From Bugula neritina (Eukaryota > Animalia > Bryozoa), in assembly GCA_964035545.1 (NCBI GenBank), contig OZ037767.1, positions 31,016,628-31,080,627 on the forward strand: DNA of 64,000 nucleotides, given 5' to 3'. Position numbers and translations under genes: made by a program. Of the stretch, positions 43,755-55,325 are shown piece by piece. Positions within the stretch are counted from its first letter, which is position 1. The number at the start of each line of letters is the position of its first letter. The notes beneath the pieces are model-generated. The model worked only from the letters and a program-made list of their open reading frames with translations, did not search any database and was not told the DNA's origin.

Positions 43755-46700
43755 GTATTGTGGGTATATATACTATACAGTGCTGTGAGTATATATACTA
43801 TACAGTGCTGTGAGTATATATACTATACAGTGCTGTGAGTATATATACTGTACAGTATTGTGGGCATATATATATGCTATACACTGTTGTGGATATATAC
43901 ATACTATACACACTATACAGAGTACAATATTGCATATCCAAGGAACAATGCATGTATTCATCTAGGTAACAGACATTGCTGATGCTATGATTTTGAAGAG
44001 ATTATTCACAGAACTGTTTGATAGAGGAATTATTGTAGTAGCTACCTCAAACAGACCTCCTGACGACTTGTACAAGAATGGTCTTCAAAGAGTCAACTTT
44101 CTTCCATTCATAGATATTCTAAAGGTGTGCACAGTCTGGCCTTGCGCTGTAAACTATCATTGTGATGGTGTAGTTACTTAGTCTAAATCTTTCCACTTAA
44201 TCTAGAACTTCTTGTAGTTAAATCTACTATACTACTATAAATCTACTAAAATCATTACCCTTGTTGAAACTTACTTATTGTTGAATAAATAATATATGTA
44301 TTAATTGATTTTATGAGATTATACAGTATTACCCTGTAATATCTTCATATATACCGTATATACCATACTATAGGAGGTTGTTATTGCTTTGGTTTATATT
44401 TAGTATATGTGTGTAATTATATTGTGTTATATGTTATTATATTATATTGCCTTAGATAAATATGCAATGATATATTACATTGTATTATGTTATTCTACTA
44501 TTATATTATATTATGTTGTAATATATTATATTATGTTGTAATATATTATGTTATATTGTAATATATTATTTACTCTATCCTGTACCTCAGAGTAGAGCCA
44601 ACATTATAGACTTAGACTCCGGGAAGGACTACAGGCGACTGCGAACTTCTGCTGATCAGTTCTACTTCCTGTGAGTCCACAATGCATTGCTGTATATATT
44701 TCCTGTGAGTCCACAATGCATTGCTGTACATTTTTCTTGTGAGTCCACAATACATTGCTGTACATATTTCCTGTGAGTCCACAATGCATTGCTGTACAGT
44801 ATAATATATTCTATTTTTAGAACAACTGATGCAGATGTAGATTCACGGCTAGACGAGCTGTTTATTTTCCTTACAAAGACCTCTAAAGGTTAGTCGGGTC
44901 AAGGTTCTGTCGCACCGAGAAGGATTTTATTTTCTTCTGTAAAATGTGGCGGAATGTTTTAATTGTGCTCAGCATGTATTAGAAGTATGTGATATCTCTT
45001 TAGTTTTCTGGTGTAAATATCCACTGTTCCATTGAGAAACTATCAGACTGTATCAGAGTTTCGGTTTTACTATTGACTAATTGTAATCTCTAATATGTTC
45101 ACCGCAGAAAAGCCGTCCCCAATAACGCTGCAGTTTCTTGGTAGAGAACTGAAGCTAAGAAAAGCCTGTGGACCTGTCCTTGACACGACCTTTAAGGAGA
45201 TGTGTGAACAGGTGCGCTAACTACTCTTATTAACCTCCTTTATCTAAGAGAATAATGCACAGCTGTGCAGTATTTTCATGTAGTCAATCTTTTTGTAAAA
45301 TATGTTATTATAAATTTATCAAGTGATTATGTTATTACATTCTACTCTGTCCGCTGGGAGAATGCTGCCGACAGCGTTGAGTAGGTCACCTTGTAATATA
45401 GTGTATGCAGACGTGATGGAGTTGTTTGCACTATGTGTGTGTTGTAGCCCCTGTCTGCCAATGACTATTTAGAAGTATGTAAGCACTTTGACACTGTCAT
45501 ACTCAGGGATGTGCCTCGCATGCAGTTTGACTCTCTCAGTTCCATCACTCGGTTTATCACTCTTATTGATAACCTCTATGATCAGCAGGTTAGTAGCCTA
45601 GTTAGTAGTTCAACTGTTCGTCTAACTGGTAGTCTAACTGGTAGTCTAACTGGTAGTCTAACTGGTAGTCTAACTAGTAGTTAATAGTAGCTAGTCATAG
45701 TAGTAGTTGGTAGATGTTAGTAGTAGCTAGTAGTAACTATTAGTAGCTAGTCATATAAGGAGCATATCTCTTATTTGTCTAGTAGTTTTAGAATTTTATT
45801 CTAACCAATAATAGTGTACAGCATTTACCTTATAGCAAAGACTGTTATATATAATGTAATAAGAAGAGAAAATAATAGATAAGATGAGCACTAGAGGCTA
45901 GCTTATAACTCGTTACAGAGTATTAGTAGCATTGTGGGTTTAGGAGTTATGGTCTCTCTGGTTTCCTTGACTGATATTGTCAGTGTGTGATAGGCTAGGC
46001 TGTGACTGAGACAATCTTAGTACTGCTGACTACATCTTGTACATTCTTTGGCAGCATCTGCTTTTCTTCTACAGTCAGCGTGCTGACTTTGTCTGACATT
46101 CTGATGATGAACCTTTTAGCTACGCCACTCTCCTCTACAATATGGGTATTTCATATATTACACATTGTTATATACTTTATATGGTCTAAATTTAATAGGT
46201 ATATCTGTTAAGTATCATATATGTTTCTGTTAAATACAAACATGCATATAACAGAGTGATGAGGGTAGTTTAGTATTGCCTCACTTACTTTCAAATTCTT
46301 TAATAGTTATCTCCCCTTCCACATATTTCCAGAAGGTCAAACGTGTGGTCTTAGCATCACCTGATTGATTTGGTAGCTTTCCCAGGTTTTTTACTGAAAG
46401 AAACATATTAATGTAGATATTTTGTTTAATTTAGACAGTTGTAATATTCAAATATTTTCTTACACCTAGTGTTGTGTGTTTGAGTAACCTACCAGTTGCA
46501 GCAGCGGGTAGCATGGTTTTCTGCAGGTTGATACTCTCCATAGCCTTAGGTTTTTGTGTGACACGTTGCAGTGATGCGAGGGGCGTGGCGCAGACTCTAT
46601 TTGGTTTCCTGTCAGTCGTTGTAGTTGTGGGCTCAGTGATTTCCTTAGCCTTAGGTCTATCTGCTTGTGACAGTGACTTAAGGAGGGTGATGTTGACTCC

Positions 46701-49382
46701 CCTAACAAACACTGGTTTATGGTCATTGTTCACTTTTCTATCCTGTGCCTTTTTCACAGCCTGGGCTACTGACACCATCTTTCTAAGGTCTGCCTTGTTT
46801 TCACCTTTACTGGCCTTCAGTTTACCTTCTGCTGCCTTTTCCTTTCTGAATTCCTCCAGCAGCTGCCTTCTGCAAGGTTCAACATGTCTAGTATACTAGA
46901 TTTATATAGTATACTAGACATGCAAGGTTCAACATGTCTAGTATACTAGATTTATATAGTATTTATATAGAATATAGGAGGTACTGAGCTAGGATAGACT
47001 GCTGCATGTATAATACTACTTTACTTGTGATATTTTTATTCTATTCTATTTTAATCTCATTTCGAATTTTTACAGCAGAAAAGTAGCATGATTTGTTGAA
47101 ATTTACTCAAGACATGAGTGATGCTATCTTGTGTTAAACTTCCATCTAGTACTAGTAATGAAATTTTATTCAATCAAGTTGGTATGTTATGTTTGACTAA
47201 GAAAAGGTTGTGTGGATAAATTCTAAACTAATTAAACTACTCAGATAACTAGTATTGAAGGCAGATTGCTATAGAGTGATATAAACTTACATGGCGTTGT
47301 AGCTAACCACAGCGGCTACAGTAAAAGCTGAAAACAGCGGTAAATTGACGAATATCCACCATGTTACGTGCAGTACGCCAATATCATACAGTGTCTTGAT
47401 GACAGAAATAGCAGTGAATATCTTCCAAAGTACATACAGTTCTAGAGGATACATGTTGATCAGTTAACTAAAATCAAGTCCTGAGTGCAGTGTGCTGGGT
47501 TCTACGTTGTGTCGTGTAGTAATGATACTGATTGTTAGAGTTGTGATATTCTACCATATTGTATTTGAATGTAGCTACTAGTTATTATTGCATTCCTAAG
47601 ACATAAATCTATTCTCTCATTATCTTTTTAGTTTTATTGAACATGTTGAAAGGGATTAACATTACCATTTTTTATATTACCTGTTTTTGGAAAGTAATAA
47701 TTAAATAACATTTGAATTTGTATGTTTCATGTTTTGATTGAGTTTGTAGAAAGTAGTAATTAAATAATATTTGATTTTTCTCACTTCAATTAAACTCAGT
47801 CACACTGTTATATACTCAGTTGGAAATTTTAGCTCTCTAAAGCTCAATTTATGGTCATTGGTTATCCATTCACTCCGATAGTCATTCAATATGTCTTTAT
47901 AATAGATATATAGCAGGGGTATTTGCTTTTCAATTTAAATATTTGGTATTTCATATGCTTTTAGCCTGTGTTCCGAAGATTAATAGCCCATCTTTCTAGT
48001 AGCCTGTCTTTCTAGTAGCCTGTCTTCCTAGTAGTCTGTCTTTCTAGTAGCGTCGTCAGTTTCTGTGAACTAATTATTAGCTATGAGATATGATCAACAG
48101 GAGTATATCATATTGAACATACTGTAGATTCGCTTAGTTATTTCTGCCGCTGCCGTTCCTTCTCAACTCTTTGAAAATGATGTCAACATTCGGGAGAAGA
48201 CTGAAGAGAAGTTAAAGGAAGGCAGCATTCTAATGGACGACTTGGGATTGGAGCAAGTGAGTTGGTATTGCAGTCTTGCTTGTTATATAGGTTCTAGATT
48301 GAATTCTTGTCTGGAGTTGTCACCACAATAGGACAAATTTTTACTTCCTAAGAAAAATGTTTCGATAAAAAAAGTTAATTTGAATTCTTGTGCTTACATG
48401 TAGTTTCGAGATTTCGTCACATCTTTATCTAATATCAACATAATTGTCATTGGTTTTCAATATATTTTTCCAGTGTTATCTAAATTTATTTTTATCCGTA
48501 TCGTACGATGTGCCTGTACACTCTTATGTCTAATACGTAACTCACTCTCTCTCCATACGTAAATCACTCTCTCTCCATATGTCACCAGTATTCTCTCTCT
48601 ATACGTCACCACTATTCTCTCTCTATACGTCACCACTATTCTCTCTCTATATGTCACCACTATTCTCTCTCCATACGTCACCACTATTCTCTCTCTATAT
48701 GTCACCACTATTCTCTCTCTATATGTCACCACTATTCTCTCTCCATACGTCACCACTATTCTCTCTCTATATGTCACCACTATTCTCTCTCCATACGTCA
48801 CCACTATTCTCTCTCTATACGTCACCAGTATTCTCTCTCCATATGTCACCTTTATTCTCTCTCCATACGTCACCACTATTCTCTCTCTATATGTCACCAC
48901 TATTCTCTCTCCATACGTCACCAGTATTCTCTCTCCATACGTCACCACTATTCTCTCTCCATACGTCACCACTATTCTCTCTCTATATGTCACCACTATT
49001 CTCTCTCTATATGTCACCACTATTCTCTCTCTATATGTCACCTTTATTCTCTCTCCATACGTCACCACTATTCTCTCTCTATATGTCATCACTATTCTCT
49101 CTCCATACGTCACCAGTATTCTCTCTCCATACGTCACCACTATTCTCTCTCCATATGTCACCACTATTCTCTCTCCATACGTCACCACTATTCTCTCTCT
49201 ATATGTCACCGTTGCTTTCTGTTCACCAGAACTCTGAGTCCCACAAGAGTCTGTCTATAATCACTGGTGAGGAGAAGCTCTTTGCTATGGACAGATGTGT
49301 CAGCAGACTCGTGGAGATGCGCTCAACCGAATACTGGCAGAAATCCTCTCTTAATGGCCGTCAGCTACAGTATAATGAATGA
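41777..49382 (+). CDS. AFG1L: AFG1-like mitochondrial ATPase (LACE1/ZapE family)
   Basis: Exons 41777-41861, 42358-42521, 42609-42669, 42832-42933, 43542-43672, 43966-44124, 44591-44670, 44821-44888, 45108-45211, 45448-45588, 48128-48256, 49230-49382. Presequence-like N-terminus ending RQYST; Walker [91 protein letters not shown]. The start codon is inferred. Confidence 0.97.
43696..43900. repeat. (TA)n microsatellite followed by a 25-bp minisatellite
   Basis: TA run at 43696-43750, then TGCTGTGAGTATATATACTATACAG units. Confidence 0.9.
44666..44798 (+). repeat. 34-bp repeat x4 duplicating the AFG1L exon-7 donor
   Basis: TTCCT|GTGAGTCCACAATGCATTGCTGTA... with GT at 44671, 44705, 44739, 44773. 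Confidence 0.92.
45995..47454 (-). CDS. Nested antisense orphan gene (270 aa; N-terminal hydrophobic segments, then Lys-rich region) inside AFG1L intron 10
   Basis: Exons 47291-47454, 46466-46869, 46289-46393, 45995-46134 total 813 nt, all GT-AG and in frame. ATG in AAC-ATG context after an in-frame TAA; minus-strand AATAAA at 45795-45800. Confidence 0.8.
48543..49210. repeat. 24-bp pyrimidine-rich minisatellite, ~27 copies, ending just before the last AFG1L acceptor
   Basis: Unit ATAYGTCACCACTATTCTCTCTCY. Confidence 0.95.
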
Positions 49383-50135
49383 ATGATTAGAGTTATCCTC
49401 ACTATTTGACTATTTAATGTCTGATAGCTTAGAGATTTCTTTACTTCAGTGTAATTTAGACAGTCGTAGCTTAGTCTCCAGTACAACTATTGGGGACAGT
49501 GAGAACTAGTAGGGTCAGTACGTGTGCACCGCATACAGGGTTTCTCTGTAATATCAAGGGCTGGCAACTCATAGATGCCATCGCGATGTGCGGTTATTTT
49601 TCACACACTTGTAACAACTGTCAAGTGTTTTATTTATATCTTAGCCAAATTTATTTTACAAAAATGTAAAAGAATTTATTTTTAATTTATTTCATGTTTT
49701 ACCTCACTTTTGTGAGTTGTGACTATATTTTTCAAATTAGCAATAAATATTCACATTATTATTATTATTGAGAGTTATCTATCCTGTAATCAACGTAATC
49801 ATCCTACCCTAACAACAACCTCTCTTGCAGTATGAAACTGTCATTGGAAGCTAAGTAATGTAGAGATACTTCATTACTACATTCTATATTATTTATATAG
49901 CTGCAATCGTGCATATCTACATTGAATAGAAATGCTTATATTAACATGATTTTTGTAAGATAAACTCCTATTTGTCCATTGCATGTTTTGCACGATTTCA
50001 TTGGTTCATTGCATAGCCTTTCTGTGTTGGTGAACGAATGGCAGTGCTAGATTATCGAATAAATCTAATGGTGCTCTTTATGTTGTTTTAATTCTGGTTT
50101 TTATTTGAGCAGTGAAAGTTTAAATTTTCACTGTG

Positions 50136-50299
50136 GACAAAATAGAGTAATGACCCTGGGTTCGAAAAGTTGTCAGGGGTCATGACACTAGATCTGGAAG
50201 ATTTTCTGGGGTCATAACCCTAGGTTCAGAAGATTGTCTGAGGTCATGACCCTGGGCCCGAAAGGTTGTTAGGGTCGTGACTCATGACCCTATTTTGTC
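50136..50299. mobile_element. Small MITE-like element: 18-bp inverted termini enclosing four ~32-bp tandem units
   Basis: GACAAAATAGAGTAATGA ... TCATGACCCTATTTTGTC (16/18 inverted match); units ATGACCCTGGGTTCGAAAAGTTGTCAGGGGTC-like. No clear TSD seen. Confidence 0.5.
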
Positions 50300-50636
50300 T
50301 AAAAAGTTGTCGGATAGACACTGTTATCCTATGTTTGTTATTTAAAATAGCAATGGCATGTAGCATCTATTCTGTGTCAGGAATATAATGTAGTCCTTTC
50401 ACCCCATAACTAGTCTTCTATGTAGCTAAAATCAGCTCATTAGAAACAAGCAAAATTTTTCTCTATAACTTCCGTAAATTTTGAAACTAGAGTATAATTA
50501 CAACTCTTCAACAATTATGTGATTTAAATATAATTTTATATATTATATTTGTCAACCCATTCCTCTCTTCGGGTAATTATAACATCTAAGATGCTGTTCT
50601 ACTTGCCAAAGTTATTTTAGAGAGTAAAGAACTACC

Positions 50637-53600
50637 ATGAGTGAACAAAGTTGCACTAATGATGCTGAGTTGCGTAGGATTACTCCTGTGCATGTGGAGA
50701 CAACTGAAAAGGCTAATGTTCAGAGGAAACCTAAAAAAATACAACTATTAGATTATCTGAGAGAAGCGGAGGGTCAGTGTAGAAGTTTGTTGGCTGTGCG
50801 CAATTCCAGGTGCAGTATGGACTCATCTAAATAATCTATAAATTTGATAATGTGATTATATAAGTTGCTAGGTACTTGAAGTCCAGGTTTATGCTTTGTG
50901 TGTAGTTAAATTTCATTTTAATGGCTCATTTCATTGAAATTTGTTTTTAGAAAAAGTAGTGGTTTAATGAGAACCCTTGTCGCCCACCCGTCCTACGAAT
51001 TTAAAAAGATCGCAGAGTATAAAGGTCATTCAGAGGTTTATTATGAACAGAACTGTGTATATCAGCACAACTTCTCCACTGCCCTTAGTGTTGGCTGTTA
51101 TTCTGTCAGCAATCAGGGGCGGTTCCAGCCCCCTCCGCACTCCATGAAGATAAAGAGCTACCTCTACGTTCAGTCTCCTCATCATAAAACATGTAGCCTC
51201 TGTTACCAGAGGTCCTGTTGTCAACCGTCTATCCTAGCCTTAGGCGTGAACACCAGAAGCAGCATGGTTACAGGTGGGCATGACTCTAAGTCTAAAGTTG
51301 TGTTTTGTTTACATGCAATGCAGTGTTGTTAAGACTGTGTAAGGAAATATTATGTTGCTTCTATAATAGATGTTCACTCGAATTCAACTTTTATTGTGGT
51401 TGGAAATCATGCGATTTACCAACAATATTTCATTAAAGAAACATATTTTATTTCAGACAAATTTTGTTTTTGGAAAGTCTCAACTTTTAGTTGCTTGACA
51501 TTGTAATCATGAGTTTTTGTATTTTGTTTGTGATAAACATTGTATATATGTAGAATAGTAGTAATGACATAATATTCTGTGACCGTTTATTTTTAGTACT
51601 CCACTTTGACGTCCAAAAGGGCTATAGGGAGTCGTATCCCCTATTCAGTAATCGGAGTAGAACTTTTAGATCAACGTTCAGCTGGAACATTCCGGATAGG
51701 ACATTGTACGTGTCGCATAAACTGTCGAAACAGCAACTCGTCCTTCACCTCTTTTCTGTATTTCCTGTTGCTGAAAGAGGTAGCATCAGTATTAACAGGG
51801 TACATAGACACACAGTATTATATGTTTATAGTACGTTGGGTTATTGTAATGCTTTGTGACGTACAGCGCTGTGTACTGGGAATTATAAATTATTATAACT
51901 ACTTTGTCTTATTAATTCAGTTACCAAATAGGAAGTTTAATTGTGTCTATATCACCTGGGTGTATAACTGGAAAGCTCAAAGCTAGCCGATAGAGTATTT
52001 GTCACTGTAAACTATGTTTTATCATGTAGCAAGGCCAAAATTTGCAGTAAAAGTGTAGAAAGCCTTTATATCTACTTGTTCACTGTGTAGAACCATTGTT
52101 TCTGGTGCAGATTTCTTACTGTCGGTTCAGTAAACTAACAATACAGAGAAGTGTTGGAATATGTCAAAATTATTTTTTGCTATTCTGATGTTTCCCCCAA
52201 CATGCCCTATTCGATCAGGTTTAGCTTACTATTAATTATTGCTTATTGATGAAAGAAATCCTACCTTAATGTCCCGGGTTTCTCAGTTCCGTATTTTCAG
52301 CATTATAACTGTGTGACCTGACTGAGACAACACCTTGTGACTATTATCTTGGGAAACTTGAGAAATGCTGTACCGAGTATTACTAACAATTTCTTTCCTG
52401 TTTGACTGACAGGAAATGCAGGGATGTCAGTATGTACAGGATGTGGATTTATCTGCGGACATGTTGATTCTGCAGCAGAAGGGAAACAAAGTGACTCTCT
52501 ACAATGTACATGACAGAGTAAACAGTCTCTGTGAGGGAGATGTCAGTGTTGTACAGATACAAAGTGAGTCTGTGTTGTGTCCATGTGATAATATGTATTA
52601 TATATATTATACTTGGTAACATAATATAATATATATCTCCAAATGGTAATACATATAATATGATACCATGTGCTGTATATTATATTTAATAAAAGTCCTT
52701 CTTAAGCCTCATGTTCTACACATGTTGCTCTTGTTTTTTGCTAGAGCTGAGTGACCTGCCCCCACCTCTCATCTCCGTGTCAAACTGCGATGACTTTGAT
52801 CTGCAGATTGGAGGATTTCCATACAGACTTCTGGTGAAAGAAAATGGCCACTATAAGGTGAAACCCATTAAGGATGACGATACGCTATCTGGTACGTATT
52901 CTACTGCCTTGTGTCCTGCTGTAATACCACTATTATCAAGTCACCATCTTACGTTCTGTTGTAATACCACTCTTACCAAGTTACTACTTTGTGTACTGTT
53001 GTAATACTATTCTTATTGGGTTTATCAATATGCTGATACATTAATATCAATATGCTGATACATTAATATAAATATGCTGATACATTAAGATGAATATGTT
53101 GACACATTAATACGAATTTGCTGATACATTAATATGAATTTGCTGATACAGTAATAGGAATATGTTGATACATTAATATGAATTTGCTGATACATTAATA
53201 TGAATATGTTGACACATTATGATGAATTTGCTGATACATTAATGTACCTATTTCACAGGTGCTCTGATCCCACCCACAAAAAGTTGTGTATTCTATGAGG
53301 ATTCAGTCATGTTTGATGAGACGGAGTCGGGGCACATAATACAGCGAGGACCTCATTCTATCAGGTTATCGCTCTCAGTCTATTAGCAAACAGTGCACAG
53401 TATTCAGGTCATCAGATGTAGTGTTTCAAATATCAACCTCTCTTCTATACAGACAAAGTCAAATGTCACACACCACTTGCGCTGCCAATATGCTGCTTCA
53501 ACATTTGTAAGAATATTTACAGGATGTACAAAGTGCCAAAAGAATGTTCCACATGGAAGATACTGACGCCTGTGTACCCACCTGTGTATTTCCACTACTC

Positions 53601-55289
53601 CGCTCCGAGGACTCTGCCTAGGGTATCGTCGTCTGGTCGAACTCTCACTCATAGGTTGAATCCTGATATTGACGACACTAACCCGGTATGTGGGCGGGGG
53701 TTAAACGCCTATATTTAGCGATACGGTATTAGCCGTTTTTCTACTGTTTAGCCTCTACTAATATTCCTTTCCCCGAAATTGAGACTGTAGTCAATAGATT
53801 CAATGAACAAGTCTTATACCACTTTAACTCTGCTATAAGTCGCTGAGTTGAGTCCTGACTACTAGTATTGGTGAGGTCTGTTTCTGCTAGCAAGTTGTTA
53901 TGTTCTTCTTAGTCCTGATTATATAATTTCTTTACCGGCTTAAATGTGCTCGTCTAATTATAACATTACTATTCTATGTGAGTTAGACCTAGAAGATCTA
54001 TTGCTGTATCTATGTCTCTTTCTAGACTATTCTATGTGAGTTAGACCTAGAAGATGAACTGGACATACTCTACACCCTCTCATGTGACCACAACTCCCAA
54101 TCACACATTCCTTCGCTCTACCTCAATCTACTAGATTCCGCCAACTTGACTCTTCTCAAGTCTCTTCCTCTCAATTTCAACGTCGGCTATTTCCTGTCGT
54201 TGCACGACGGACAGTATATGGTGAGTACAGAGATATCTACGCATTGCTCTCGTTTTAGTCATATGGCTCACACTCCTGCTTACTTTTCTCTGTTTACACA
54301 TCAACCTCTGTTTTACTACCAGACTTAATTATTAGTTGATGTGAAAGAGTATACTGAGCATTTAAAGTATGTGCTCTGTGATAGTCACTAGCACCTTCTA
54401 TTCTCTGTGATTACTTACTCTCAAATAGGTTGTCTATCATATGTCTCAGTTTACATTCAGTTGTTTCTTTTGTACTAGAGAGCTTGTTGGTGCTGGAATT
54501 ACTTTGTAATATAATTGATATCTTTTATATCTGCATCTAGCAGCTATTGGACAGTAGACTATGTGAGCATGTTGTATGTACGTGTTATGTGTACGTATTG
54601 TATGGTGTACATACTACATACATTCTATATATTAAGTATATTCCTGTATTCATGTGGTATTGTATTGTATGGTATTGTATTGTATGGTATTGCATTGTAT
54701 GGTATTGCATTGTGTGGTATTGCATTGTATGGTATTGTATTGTGTGGTATTGTATTGTATGGTATTGCATTGTGTGGTATTGTATTGTGTGGTATTGCAT
54801 TGTGTGGTATTGTATTGTATGGTATTGCATTGTGTGGTATTGTATTGTATGGTATTGCATTGTGTGGTATTGCATTGTATGGTATTGTATTGTGTGGTAT
54901 TGCATTGTGTGGTATTGTATTGTGTGGTATTGTATTGTGTGGTATTGCATTGTGTGGTATTGTATTGTGTGGTATTGCATTTTATGGTATTGCATTGTAT
55001 GGTATTGCATGGTATGGTATTGCATTGTATGGTATTGCATTGTGTGGTATTGCATTGTATGGTATTGCATTGTATGGTATTGCATTGTATGGTATTGCAT
55101 TGGATGGTATTGCATTGGATGGTATTGCAGCTGGAACCCAACACACACATATCAGTAGCTGGTGACAGAGACCTCCTAATAGTCAAATGTAGAAAGAATG
55201 GATATCATCATATAATGGCCGTCTACCAACTCTACAATGTCAATAACTCCGCCCACAATATCGCAGGTAAAATCTTCTGTGGTGTGTAA
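50637..55289 (+). CDS. DCAF17: DDB1- and CUL4-associated factor 17-like
   Basis: Exons 50637-50809, 50951-51273, 51597-51799, 52413-52563, 52745-52891, 53259-53364, 53523-53685, 54026-54220, 55131-55289 in phase. Ordered motifs recalling DCAF17: SDLPPPLISV...LQIGGFPY, SGHIIQRGP, SSSGR...DD, LEDELDIL, LKSLPL, GDRDLL...VYQL. Confidence 0.85.
53025..53243. repeat. ~25-bp degenerate minisatellite ending just before the DCAF17 exon-6 acceptor
   Basis: Unit ATGAATWTGCTGATACATTAAT-like, about 9-10 copies. Confidence 0.85.
54655..55130. repeat. 15-bp minisatellite, ~31 copies, whose last unit forms the DCAF17 final acceptor
   Basis: Unit TGGTATTGYATTGTR; ends ...GGTATTGCAG|CTGGAA. Confidence 0.95.
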
Positions 55290-55325
55290 CTTGGTGCTTT
55301 ATTGTACACAAATACATTCAGGTTT

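Noticed and set aside
46474-46899. 141-aa hydrophobic plus-strand ORF in the AFG1L intron
   Set aside because: Antisense shadow of the Lys-rich minus-strand exon, which has the matching splice sites
48457-49229. 250-267-aa repetitive ORFs (TYRERIVV / SPLFSLYM)
   Set aside because: 24-bp intronic minisatellite; only 49230-49382 is the real AFG1L exon
54515-55186. Long Cys/Trp/Tyr-rich ORFs in several frames on both strands
   Set aside because: Translations of a stop-free 15-bp intronic minisatellite
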